Both the position numbers and the translations under genes were made by a program. The notes under the pieces were generated by a model that saw only the letters and a program-made list of their open reading frames with translations, had not been told where the DNA came from and did not search any database. A DNA stretch of 64,000 nucleotides from an uncultured Gemmatimonadales bacterium (GTDB lineage Bacteria; Gemmatimonadota; Gemmatimonadetes; Gemmatimonadales; Gemmatimonadaceae), in NCBI GenBank assembly GCA_963701965.1, contig OY969695.1, forward strand, positions 3,584,001 to 3,648,000. Reading direction: 5' to 3'. Below are positions 18,615 to 28,091 of this stretch, one piece after another (the stretch's first letter is position 1; each line of letters starts with the position of its first letter).

Positions 18615-21416
18615 GTGACCGCCCATCGCCCGCTCGTCATCAGCCTGGGGACCGCCGGTGTCGCGGTGGCGCTCTCCCGTCTCGCCCTGGCGCTCGGCCA
18701 CCCCGAGTGGTCGTTCGCGGCCGCCGTCGTCGTCTATGCCGCCCTGATTGTCGGCGCGGCGGTGACGCTGGGCTGGCACCGGCGCGCCCGTCGGAATGAG
18801 CTGCTGCTCGACGTGTCCTTGCTCGTCTGCGCCGCCGCCGTCGTTGGCATCACGCTCGTCTATGGGACGGGGAAAGGGGGGACGCCATGGCTCATCGTCC
18901 AGCGAAGCGTGCCCATCGTCCTCCTGTCGCTGGTGGCGCTCCTCCTGGCCTCGCGGGGCAATCGCCTGGGGGCGACGGCCGCCAGCGCCCTGGGAGCCGG
19001 CGCGGTCGCGCTGGTCGCCTCCACGGAAATCGGGCGGTCAGGATGGTTGGACGGCGCGGCCGTCGCGGCGTTCGGTGTGGGGGTGTGGGCCCTGTCCCGC
19101 CAGTCCGGCGAGCGCCATGCGCCGGCGGGGGGCCCGCGCGAAGTGACCGGTTCGTCAGCCGTGCGCGCGCGCTTCATCATCGTGGCCACTGGCGTGGTCT
19201 CCGTCGCCACCTTCGTCCTGGGCTTCCGCGGAGAGCCCAGTCCTGCCCTGGCGGTCGCTGTGTCGCTCTTCGTGGCGTTGCTGGCCGCGCGCGCCGGCCG
19301 ATCGTTGACCACGCAAGGCGAGCAAGCGACGCTGTTGGCCCGCAGTGTGGATGCCGAGCGGGCCCTGTCCGCGACCCTGGAGCACCGGATCGCCGAGCGG
19401 AGCGGAGAACTGGCCCAAGCCGAGCGCGTGCTGCAACGCATGTGGATGCTCGGGCAACACGTGGCGCTGGAGCTGCATCCGGCCCGGGTGCTGGAGCGGT
19501 TCATGGAGGCCGTCATCGACGTCGCGCACGCCAATGGCGGCTCGATCGCCCTCGTCGTCGACGACAAGCGGACGCGCATCGCGGTGGCGTCCGGCACGTG
19601 CCGCGACACCATGGGGCTCGTCATTCCGCGCGAGGGTTCGGCTTCGGGCCGGGTGCTCAAGACCGGCCGCACCCTGTGCGTGGACAACGTGACGCAGCAT
19701 CCCGGCCTCCTGCACGAGTCGGTGGCGCATATGCTGGAGTCCATACGCTCCCTGGCGTTGGTGCCGCTGGTGCGCCGCGGGGAGCCGATCGGCATCGTCG
19801 CAATGGTCTCGCGCACACCGGGCGCGTTCTCGCCCGATGACATCTCCCGCGTCGAATCCATGTCCGACATGCTGTCCGTGGCGCTCGCCAACGCCGAGCT
19901 GGTCGAGGATCTGCGGCAGGCGGAGTCGCGGTTCCGGACGTTGTTTCGCGCGGCCCCGGACGCCGTCCTCACCGTGCAGCTGGGCGGCCGGATCCAGGAA
20001 GCGAACGACTACGTACGGGAAGTCGTCGGACTCGACCCGGCCGCGGTGGTGGGACGCGATCTCATCGAGTTCGTGGCGCCGAAGGACCAACGCCGCATGC
20101 GGGAGGCGCTCACCGCGGCGTTCGCCGGGATGCCCGCCCGCCTCGAGGTGGATGTCCTCCGGCAACGCCCCGGCGACGAGCCGCCGGAACCGCGCGTCGT
20201 GGCCTTGGCCGCCCGGCGGCTCCCCGAGACCGATCCGCCAACGATCCTCATCATCGGCCGGGACACGACCGGGGAGCGCGAGATGCGCGCGCGGCTCATG
20301 GAGACGGAACGACTGGCCGCGGTCGGCGAGCTCGTGGCCGGCGTGGCCCACGAGGTCAACAACCCGCTGAGCAGCATCAGCGCATTCGCCCAGCTTCTCC
20401 TGCGCGACGAGACGCTGACCGCCCAGCAGCGGGAGTCGGTCGACGTCATTCGGTCGGAGACCGGCCGCGCCAGCCAGGTCGTCCGCGATCTCCTCGCCTT
20501 CGCGCGCCGCAGCAGTCCCCACCGGGAGGCGCTCGACCTCAACCAGGTCGTGGAGCGCACCGTGCGCCTCCGGAACTACCAGCTGACGTCGAGCGGGGTG
20601 AAAACCGTCATCGACCTGTCGCCGGAGATTCCGGCGGTGCTGGGCGATGCGCGGCAGCTGCAGCAGGTCGTGCTCAATCTCGTGACCAACGCCATTCAGG
20701 CGATGGCGGGCGTCGGCGGCGGCACGCTCTCGTTGGCGACGCGCGTCGACGGGGGCCGCGTCATGCTGGAGGTGGGCGACACGGGACCGGGGATCGCCCC
20801 GAATCTGCGGGCCCGCGTGTTCGAGCCATTCTTCACGACCAAGCCCGAAGGCGAGGGCACGGGGCTCGGTCTCTCGGTGAGCTATGGGATCGTCACCGCC
20901 CATGGAGGAACGATCACCCTGACCGACGAAGGCGCTGGTGCCCGTTTTGTCGTCACACTGCCCGCCGTCGAGGAGCGCGCGGGCCGCACGGTGAGCGGTG
21001 AAGTGCCCGCCTATGCCTCGCGCTCGCCGCTGGCGGGACTCACGGTGCTGTTCGTCGACGACGAGGCCTCCCTGCGTCAGGGATTCGAGGCGTTTGGCCG
21101 GCTCCGCGGCTTCACGGTGGTGCAGGCGGGCGATGGCCGGGCCGCGCTCGAGGCGCTGCGCGGCGCGCGCGTCGACGCCATCGTCACCGATCTCCGCATG
21201 CCGGTGATGGACGGGGTGGCGCTATACGACTCGCTCGTCGCCGAGCAGCCCGCCCTGGCGGCGCGCACGGTGTTCATCACGGGGGACCTGGTGACCATGG
21301 GCGGGCGCGTGGCCGAGGACCGGCCGATGCTCACCAAGCCATTCAGCTTCGAGCGCCTCGAAGACACGCTGGTGGATGTGCTCTCTGTCGGTGGGACGGG
21401 GAATTCCGTAGGTTAG
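18615..21416 (+). CDS. Hybrid sensor histidine kinase (multi-TM, GAF, PAS, HisKA, HATPase, REC)
   Basis: 'AHEVNNPL', 'NLVTNA', 'DTGPGI', 'FFTTK..GTGLGL', C-terminal 'VDDE..DLRMP..KP'. Confidence 0.93.
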   Translation: MTAHRPLVISLGTAGVAVALSRLALALGHPEWSFAAAVVVYAALIVGAAVTLGWHRRARRNELLLDVSLLVCAAAVVGITLVYGTGKGGTPWLIVQRSVPIVLLSLVALLLASRGNRLGATAASALGAGAVALVASTEIGRSGWLDGAAVAAFGVGVWALSRQSGERHAPAGGPREVTGSSAVRARFIIVATGVVSVATFVLGFRGEPSPALAVAVSLFVALLAARAGRSLTTQGEQATLLARSVDAERALSATLEHRIAERSGELAQAERVLQRMWMLGQHVALELHPARVLERFMEAVIDVAHANGGSIALVVDDKRTRIAVASGTCRDTMGLVIPREGSASGRVLKTGRTLCVDNVTQHPGLLHESVAHMLESIRSLALVPLVRRGEPIGIVAMVSRTPGAFSPDDISRVESMSDMLSVALANAELVEDLRQAESRFRTLFRAAPDAVLTVQLGGRIQEANDYVREVVGLDPAAVVGRDLIEFVAPKDQRRMREALTAAFAGMPARLEVDVLRQRPGDEPPEPRVVALAARRLPETDPPTILIIGRDTTGEREMRARLMETERLAAVGELVAGVAHEVNNPLSSISAFAQLLLRDETLTAQQRESVDVIRSETGRASQVVRDLLAFARRSSPHREALDLNQVVERTVRLRNYQLTSSGVKTVIDLSPEIPAVLGDARQLQQVVLNLVTNAIQAMAGVGGGTLSLATRVDGGRVMLEVGDTGPGIAPNLRARVFEPFFTTKPEGEGTGLGLSVSYGIVTAHGGTITLTDEGAGARFVVTLPAVEERAGRTVSGEVPAYASRSPLAGLTVLFVDDEASLRQGFEAFGRLRGFTVVQAGDGRAALEALRGARVDAIVTDLRMPVMDGVALYDSLVAEQPALAARTVFITGDLVTMGGRVAEDRPMLTKPFSFERLEDTLVDVLSVGGTGNSVG

Positions 21417-21420
21417 CGGT

Positions 21421-21957
21421 ATGCCCGAGTTCTTCCCGCGGCGCACGATCGTGTGGAAAGCCGAGTCGCTCACGGCCTGGCGCACGCTCACGCTGTCGGT
21501 CGTCGAGATCGGCCTCCTCACGGGAATCGTCCTGCGGCTGGTGCGGGCGATCGCGATTCCGCGCACGCCGGAGCCCGCGCTCTGGGTCTACTGGCTCTTC
21601 GTGGCGCTGGCGCTGTGCGCGGCGGCCGTGCTCCATCTCTCGAACTACACGGTGCGGCACTGGGCGTGGCGGGCGCCCGCGTTCGCCCTGGCCACGGCCG
21701 CGGGTGAAGCCTTGACCAGTCTCTTGCTCATCGCGCTGCATCGCGAGCCGTTCGGAACGGAGCGGGCGGCGTTGCACGACTGGCCCCAGCTCGCGGTCAA
21801 CTCCCTCGAAATCACCGGGGCGATCGTCTGCGCGTTCGCCCTGCTCCTGGGGCTCGTGGTCCAGGTCGTGCGCTACATCCTGCTGCTGAGCGAGCACCGC
21901 GCGCATACCGTCGGGGCCATCCATGCCGAGCGTGCACGCGACGAAGAGCAGGGTTAG
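21421..21957 (+). CDS. Hypothetical membrane protein (about 4 TM)
   Basis: Hydrophobic segments; lies between the kinase and DUF427 genes on the same strand. Confidence 0.7.
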   Translation: MPEFFPRRTIVWKAESLTAWRTLTLSVVEIGLLTGIVLRLVRAIAIPRTPEPALWVYWLFVALALCAAAVLHLSNYTVRHWAWRAPAFALATAAGEALTSLLLIALHREPFGTERAALHDWPQLAVNSLEITGAIVCAFALLLGLVVQVVRYILLLSEHRAHTVGAIHAERARDEEQG

Positions 21958-21966
21958 CTTCGGAGC

Positions 21967-22251
21967 ATGGCCCGCGCGACCTGGAAAGGCGCGGTACTCG
22001 CCGAGAGCGACCGCGTAGAAATCGTCGAAGGCAACATCTACTTCCCTCCCGACGCGGTGCGCCGGGAGCACGTGCGCGACAGCGCGACGCACAGCACCTG
22101 CCCCTGGAAGGGCATCGCCAGCTACTACGACGTCGTGGTCGATGGGGAGACCAACCGCGACGCGGCGTGGTACTATCCGTCGCCCAAGTCGGCCGCCGCG
22201 AACATCCTGAATCATGTCGCATTCTGGCGCGGCGTGACGGTCGAGCGCTGA
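21967..22251 (+). CDS. DUF427 domain protein
   Basis: 'EGNIYFPP', 'CPWKGIASYY', 'AAWYYP', 'VAFWRGV'. Confidence 0.92.
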   Translation: MARATWKGAVLAESDRVEIVEGNIYFPPDAVRREHVRDSATHSTCPWKGIASYYDVVVDGETNRDAAWYYPSPKSAAANILNHVAFWRGVTVER

Positions 22252-23180
22252 ACGCGCCGCTCAATGGGGCACCGCGCGCGGCCCGCGTGCGCGTGCCCGC
22301 CAGCACCTCCAATCTCGGCTCCGGCTTCGACTGCATCGGTCTCGCCGTCAGCCGCTATTTGACGGCGGAGTTCACGCCGGGGCCGGAACCACTGCGCGCC
22401 GAGCGCCGCGGCACCCTGGCGACGATCGCCGACGACCGGGACGTGTTCGTGCGCGCATTCCGGGCGGGTGTCGGGTGCCCGGTGGGCGGCACCCTGACAC
22501 TGGACTCCGAGATTCCCGTCGGCCGCGGGCTCGGATCCTCCGCCGCCTCCGTGGTCGGCGGCCTGGCGCTCGGCGCCGCCGTCAGCGGGCGGGCGTGGGA
22601 CCCCGAGGACATCCTCCGGGCGGCGCTACAGTGGGAGTCGCATCTCGACAACGTGGCCCCGTGCCTGCTCGGCGGCCTGATCGCCGTCGCGCCGGGCGAC
22701 GCCGGTCGCCCGCGGGCCTTCCCCATGCCGCTGGCCACCGGCGCCGGATTCGCCTACGCCGCGCCCGGTGCGCCGCTGGAGACAGCCCGGGCCCGCGCCG
22801 CGCTTCCGCCGACGGTCCCTCACGCCGAGGCGGCCCATGCCCTCGGTCGCCTGGCGGCGCTGCTGCGGGGACTGGCCACGGCCGATGCCGAGCTCCTGGC
22901 GATCGGATTCACCGATCACCTTCACGTGCCGTACCGGCTCCCGCTCATCCCCGGCGGTGACGCGGCAAGGGAGGCGGGACGGCGCGCCGGCGCCTGGGGC
23001 GTCACGGTGTCGGGCGCCGGCTCGGGCCTCGTAGCCGTCGGACCGCCCGATCGGACCAGCGCCATCGCCGAGGCGATGGGGGCGGCGTTTCGCGCGACGG
23101 CGGGCCCGGACGGCGTCGTCGCTTTCCCGATCGTCCCTGACCCGCGCGGCGTGACACTTGACGCGTTGACGCGTTCTTGA
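22248..23180 (+). CDS. thrB: Homoserine kinase (GHMP family); start uncertain (CTG 22248 or GTG 22287)
   Basis: 'VPASTSNLGSGFD', 'IPVGRGLGSSAA', 'HLDNVAP', 'SGAGSG'. Confidence 0.92.
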   Translation: MNAPLNGAPRAARVRVPASTSNLGSGFDCIGLAVSRYLTAEFTPGPEPLRAERRGTLATIADDRDVFVRAFRAGVGCPVGGTLTLDSEIPVGRGLGSSAASVVGGLALGAAVSGRAWDPEDILRAALQWESHLDNVAPCLLGGLIAVAPGDAGRPRAFPMPLATGAGFAYAAPGAPLETARARAALPPTVPHAEAAHALGRLAALLRGLATADAELLAIGFTDHLHVPYRLPLIPGGDAAREAGRRAGAWGVTVSGAGSGLVAVGPPDRTSAIAEAMGAAFRATAGPDGVVAFPIVPDPRGVTLDALTRS

Positions 23181-23196
23181 GAATACTACGGACGAT

Positions 23197-23277
23197 ATGA
23201 GACACTCCGCGCCTATGCCCACGACGGTCACGACGACGCGGTCCCTTTCCGGGGACGGCGCGACGGATCGCGACTAG
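23197..23277 (+). CDS. Thr-rich attenuator leader peptide MRHSAPMPTTVTTTRSLSGDGATDRD (alternative start 23215)
   Basis: ACG ACG GTC ACG ACG ACG at 23221-23238; stop 21 nt before a terminator; immediately upstream of hom-thrC. Confidence 0.8.
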   Translation: MRHSAPMPTTVTTTRSLSGDGATDRD

Positions 23278-23298
23278 CTGGCGCTCAGTCGGACCGAC

Positions 23299-23336
23299 GC
23301 GGCCCCCCGGACCAGCCGGGGGGCCGCTTTGTTTTT
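23299..23336 (+). terminator. Intrinsic terminator of the putative thr attenuator
   Basis: Perfect 12-bp stem GCGGCCCCCCGG/CCGGGGGGCCGC, 5-nt loop, followed by TTTGTTTTT. Confidence 0.9.
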
Positions 23337-23362
23337 GGCAGCAGCCCTGTGGAGACATTCGT

Positions 23363-24341
23363 ATGACAACCGCTCGAATGCAATCCTATCGGGGTTGCCG
23401 TTTACGGCCTCGGCACCGTCGGCTCGGCCGCCGTGGAGATCATGGCCTCGGGATCGGCCGATCTCTTCGCCCGACACGATCTCCGCCTCGCGGTGCGCCA
23501 CGTGGTCGTGCGCGACGTCGCGCGCGCCCGCGCCGTGGAGTTGGACCCCGCGCTCTTGACCGATGACTGGGTCCGCCCCCTCGAGGATCCGGGCGTCGGG
23601 CTCGTCGTCGAAGCCATGGGCGGTCTCGACCCGGCCGCCTCCGTCGTCCGCCGCGCGCTCGCCAGCGGCCGGCACGTGGTCACCGCCAACAAGGCGCTCA
23701 TCGCGTCCCAGGGGGCCGCGCTCGAAGCGCTGGCCGACGCCCACCGGGTGGCGCTCCGCTACGAGGCGGCGGTCGGCGGGGCGATCCCCTTGATCCACAC
23801 CCTCCGCGGCACGCTCGCGGGCAACCAGATTACCCGGGTGCGGGGCATCCTGAACGGGACGACCAATTTCATCCTGACGCGCATGAGCGATCACGGCATC
23901 TCGTTTGCCGCCGCGCTGGCCGAGGCCCAACGCCTCGGTTTCGCGGAAGCCGATCCCTCGGCCGACGTGTCGGGACTCGACGCGGCCCAGAAGCTCGTGA
24001 TCCTCGCGCGGCATGCCTTCGGTCACTGGGTGCCCGTGGAGTGCGTCGCCCGCACGGGCATCGCCGACATCTCGCCGCTGGAGATCGCCCAGGCGCGCCA
24101 CGCCGGCGAGACCTACAAGCTCATCGCCGAGGCCGTGCTGACCGAGGGCCGTCTGCGGCTGCACGTCGGTCCCCAGCGGCTCCCCGCGCGGGATCCCATG
24201 GCTAACGTCCGGGATGAGTACAACGCGGTGGCGATCGACGGCGATTTCGCCGGCTCGTTGACGTTCATCGGACGGGGCGCCGGCGCGTTGCCGACGGGTT
24301 CGGCGGTGTACGACGACATCGTCGCCACGCTCCGCAACTGA
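23363..24341 (+). CDS. hom: Homoserine dehydrogenase (short form, no ACT domain), apparent +1 G in the G4 run at 23391-23394
   Basis: 'VAVYGLGTVG', 'HVVTANK', 'YEAAVGGAIP', 'GILNGTTN', 'GFAEADP..DV.G.DAAQK'; removing one G joins SD-preceded ATG 23363 to the main frame. Confidence 0.9.
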
Positions 24342-24345
24342 TCGC

Positions 24346-25392
24346 ATGGGCATCGGTGTACTCGAGCGGTGGGCGTCGCTCCTGCCCGTCACCCCGGCCA
24401 CGCCGGCGCTGACACTGGGGGAAGGGGACACGCCGCTCCTGGCGGCGCCGCGGCTCGCCGCGTGGGTCGGCGTCGAAGAGCTGTACATCAAGTTCGAGGG
24501 CATGAACCCGACCGCATCGTTCAAGGACCGCGGCATGGTCGTGGCCGTGGCCAAGGCGATCGAGGAGGGGGCGCGCGTCGTAATCTGCGCGTCGACCGGC
24601 AACACGGCGGCCAGCGCGGCCGCCTACGCCGCCCGCGCCGGGCTCACGGCGATCGTGCTGTTGCCGGGCGGAAAGGTGGCCATCGCCAAGGTCGCCCAGG
24701 CCTTGGCCTACGGCGCGCGGGCCTTGGCCCTGGAGGGCGGATTCGATGCCGCGCTCGACGTGGCGCGCGAGTTGGTCGCCCACCATCCCGCGGCGCTCGT
24801 GAATTCCGTGAACCCGCACCGCATCGCGGGACAGGCGACCGCGGCCTACGAGATCTCGGATGCGCTGGGCTGCGCGCCCAATGTGCTCGCGCTGCCCGTG
24901 GGCAATGGCGGAAACATCACGGCGTACTGGGCCGGATTTCGACGCTACCTCGAGCGCGGCGTGACGGCGACGCTGCCGCGCATCGTGGGCGGCCAGGCGG
25001 CGGGAGCGGCCCCGCTCGTACTCGGCCATCCAGTCGAGAACCCCGAGACGATAGCGACCGCGATCCGTATTGGCCGGCCGGCGAGTTGGAACACCGCCGT
25101 TGCCGCCGTCGCCGAGTCCGGCGGCGAGTTCCGGGCGATCACCGACGAAGCGATTCTGGACGCGTACCGCCAGGTGTCGCGGCTCGAGGGCATTTTTTGC
25201 GAGCCCTCGTCGGCCGCTGGTATCGCCGCCCTCCGCGCGAGCGTCCTAGCAGGTGGCACGCCGTCGGCGACTCGCTGTGTTTGCGTCTGCACCGGGCATG
25301 GGCTCAAGGATGCCCAACAGGCAGTCCCGGACCGCGAGATCGCGACACTACCGGCCACGGCGCGGGCCGTTACAAACATATTGGGCTGGTAA
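24346..25392 (+). CDS. thrC: Threonine synthase
   Basis: 'LGEGDTPL', 'NPTASFKDRG', 'ASTGNT', 'PVGNGGN', 'EPSSAA', 'TGHGLKD'. Confidence 0.95.
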   Translation: MGIGVLERWASLLPVTPATPALTLGEGDTPLLAAPRLAAWVGVEELYIKFEGMNPTASFKDRGMVVAVAKAIEEGARVVICASTGNTAASAAAYAARAGLTAIVLLPGGKVAIAKVAQALAYGARALALEGGFDAALDVARELVAHHPAALVNSVNPHRIAGQATAAYEISDALGCAPNVLALPVGNGGNITAYWAGFRRYLERGVTATLPRIVGGQAAGAAPLVLGHPVENPETIATAIRIGRPASWNTAVAAVAESGGEFRAITDEAILDAYRQVSRLEGIFCEPSSAAGIAALRASVLAGGTPSATRCVCVCTGHGLKDAQQAVPDREIATLPATARAVTNILGW

Positions 25393-25425
25393 GGGTATCC
25401 TTTTTCGGCCAAGCGGAGGAACCAA

Positions 25426-27627
25426 ATGCACGTCCGTGGAGCGCGGTCCGCCATTGCGATAGCCATGGTGATCGCTTGTAGTACCATCATCGCGTCGTGC
25501 GGGGGCTCCCCGACGACGCCCGCAAACAAGAGCGCGCTCACACTCGCGGACACGGCGGTCACTTTCGTCTCCGAGCTCGGCACGGGCGATCCCGCTGCGC
25601 AAACCGTCGCCATCACCAACGGGGGTAGTGGCACGCTGTCCGGCCTGTCGCTGGGCACGGTGACCTATGGCGGCGGCGCGTCGGGCTGGCTCAGCGCCAC
25701 GCTGAGCGGCGCGAGCGCGCCGGCCACGATCTCGCTCAAGGCAAAAGCGGGACAGCTCGCGGTCGGCCTGTACACGGCGACGGTCCCGGTCACGGCCGCT
25801 GGCGGGTCGCCGCCGCGCTCGCTCGTCGTGGCGTTCAACGTGGCACCGGTCGCGGGCACGACGACGCTCTCGGCCGCGGGCGTGTCGCAGACGTTCCTCA
25901 CGAATGCGTCGTTCGCCACCAACCTCGCCGTCACCGCGGGCGCCCGATATCTGATCGCGGTCGTCAACACCGACACCAGCTCCGCGGTCAACGAAGACTT
26001 CACGCTGTTCGGCGCGACCCTGGGTGGCGGCGCGCAGGTCGTGACCGCCATGCCACCGCGACGGGCTCTGGTCCGCGCCGCGGTCGCGACCACCGCGCGG
26101 GCGCCGCGCTTCGAGCTGGGACCCAATGCCAAGCGGCTGGCGTCCCTCAAGCGGATGCAGGCGAATCACCTGCGCATGCTCGATCGCAACCGGACAATGG
26201 TTCAGCAATTCCGGGCGGCGGGACGGCTGTCGGCCGCGTCCGCCGCGCCGCGCCAACGGGCGCAAGGCGCGATCTCGCAGACGATCGGGACCGTGAACAA
26301 GATCTACATCGCGTCCTCGTTCGGCGGCACGTGCACTGACGTCGACTCGATCGGCGCCCGCACGGTCGCGGTGGGCCAGCACATCATCGTGCTCGCCGAC
26401 ACCAATCGGACGCTGTGGCCGGATTCGCTGCGCGACTCGGCCTTTTACCAGACGTTCGCCAATGAGTACGATGCCGTCACGTTCCCGCACATCAAGACCT
26501 TCATCGGCGATCCGCTGGCCCTCGATGCCCAGCTCTCGGGGCTGGGCAAGGTCACCGTGACGATCTCGCCGGTGCTGAACAACTTCGGCGGTGGCATCGT
26601 GGCGTTCGTCAACTCGTGCGACTTCTTCCCGGTTGTGGCGCCGGGCAAGGCGAACGCCGACTTGGACAACTTCACGGAGATGTTCTACTACTTCGCGCCC
26701 GACCCGAAGCTCGGGTGGACCATCAGTGGTGGCAACCCGTGGGGCATGCTGATGCGCGCCACGGCCGCGCACGAGACGAAGCACATCGTGTCGTACACGG
26801 ATCGCCTGACGAACAACAGCCCGTCGTTCGAGGAGCGCTGGCTGGAGGAGGGGCTGGCCCAGGAGTCGTCGGAGATCTGGGAGCGAAACTTCAGCCACGT
26901 CACCTGGAAGGGGAACGCGAACTTCGACCAGACCGTCGGCTGTGAGATTTTCCTGGGTCCCAACGGTCCGCAGTGCAACGTGGGTAACAACAATCCGATC
27001 GCGCTCACCGGCAGTCATCTGCCGTTCCTGTTCGACTACCTCAATGCCGAGAGCACCTCGCCGACGGGGCTCGGGTTCGGCAATGCCGGCAACAACGCCA
27101 CGCCGACCAACTACGGCGCGGGATGGGAATTCGCGCGCTGGGCCACGGACCAGTACGCGACGTCGGAGGCCACGTTCATCCAATCCCTGGTCAACGACCC
27201 GACGCTGACCGGGATGGCCAACGTGTCGCAGCATACCGGGAAGACGGTCCAGGAGCTGCTCGTCTACTGGAACCTGGCCACGGCGATCTTCGACACGGCG
27301 ACGTACACGGCCGCTGACGTGCGCACGACGATCCCCAGCTTCAATTTCGGCAACATTTTCTTCGTGGCCCAGTCGGACCTGACCTGCGGCGGAACACCCT
27401 GTGGATTGTTCACCCAGTCCGGCAAGCCGGTCTTCCCGATCCAACCCGACACGATGAGCACAGGGCCGATCAGCGCGACGGTGACGGGCATGCCCGGCAC
27501 CACGGCATCGTACTTCCTGCTCTCGGCGCCGGCGGCCGGCACGCAATACCTGCAGCTCTTGAGTGGCACGGGCGGCGCGCTGTCGACGTCGAGCGGGTTG
27601 CGCGTCGGAATTATTCGGGTCAAATGA
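25426..27627 (+). CDS. Secreted lipoprotein, putative gluzincin metallopeptidase (M30-like) with N-terminal BACON/Ig-like domain
   Basis: Lipobox 'IASC'; 'QTVAITNGGSGTL..WLSA' Ig-like segment; 'AHETKH' plus downstream 'WLEEGLA'. Confidence 0.7.
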   Translation: MHVRGARSAIAIAMVIACSTIIASCGGSPTTPANKSALTLADTAVTFVSELGTGDPAAQTVAITNGGSGTLSGLSLGTVTYGGGASGWLSATLSGASAPATISLKAKAGQLAVGLYTATVPVTAAGGSPPRSLVVAFNVAPVAGTTTLSAAGVSQTFLTNASFATNLAVTAGARYLIAVVNTDTSSAVNEDFTLFGATLGGGAQVVTAMPPRRALVRAAVATTARAPRFELGPNAKRLASLKRMQANHLRMLDRNRTMVQQFRAAGRLSAASAAPRQRAQGAISQTIGTVNKIYIASSFGGTCTDVDSIGARTVAVGQHIIVLADTNRTLWPDSLRDSAFYQTFANEYDAVTFPHIKTFIGDPLALDAQLSGLGKVTVTISPVLNNFGGGIVAFVNSCDFFPVVAPGKANADLDNFTEMFYYFAPDPKLGWTISGGNPWGMLMRATAAHETKHIVSYTDRLTNNSPSFEERWLEEGLAQESSEIWERNFSHVTWKGNANFDQTVGCEIFLGPNGPQCNVGNNNPIALTGSHLPFLFDYLNAESTSPTGLGFGNAGNNATPTNYGAGWEFARWATDQYATSEATFIQSLVNDPTLTGMANVSQHTGKTVQELLVYWNLATAIFDTATYTAADVRTTIPSFNFGNIFFVAQSDLTCGGTPCGLFTQSGKPVFPIQPDTMSTGPISATVTGMPGTTASYFLLSAPAAGTQYLQLLSGTGGALSTSSGLRVGIIRVK

Positions 27628-28091
27628 CCCGCGGTGTGCTGGCCCTCGCGCTCGCCGCTGGCCTGGCGGCCTGCGCGACGGCCGGCCGCGCGGCTCCCGT
27701 CCAGCGCGACTCGCTGGTCGGCCACTTGCAGATCGTGGGCACGGACGCGTTGCCGCGGACCGTGCTCGTGCCCGATGACGGAACCCTGTCCGTGACGTTG
27801 GTCGGACCGCCCGCGCTGCGCCGCCTGGGCGGACTGGGCGTCGAGATCGAGGGGACGCGGGCCGGAAGCCAGTTCACCGTGCAGCGTTTCACGGTCGTCT
27901 CCGCCAACGGTCTCGAGGCCACGGACGGGCGGCTCGTCGACGATGGCGGCACGCTCTCCATCGTCACCGCGGATGGCGTCCGCCACGCGCTGGTGCGCCC
28001 GTCCTCGAATCTCCGCGCCCACGTCGGGGGGCGCGTGTGGGTCTCGGGTCCGCTGGACCGCGAGCCCGTGGCCTACGGGATCATCGAGTAA
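27624..28091 (+). CDS. Hypothetical lipoprotein
   Basis: Lipobox 'LAAC'; ATGA overlap with upstream gene. Confidence 0.75.
   Translation: MTRGVLALALAAGLAACATAGRAAPVQRDSLVGHLQIVGTDALPRTVLVPDDGTLSVTLVGPPALRRLGGLGVEIEGTRAGSQFTVQRFTVVSANGLEATDGRLVDDGGTLSIVTADGVRHALVRPSSNLRAHVGGRVWVSGPLDREPVAYGIIE

Noticed and set aside
23158..23176. Tandem TTGACGCG repeat as the -35 of the thr leader promoter
   Set aside because: No convincing -10 at 16-18 nt spacing; lies within thrB coding sequence
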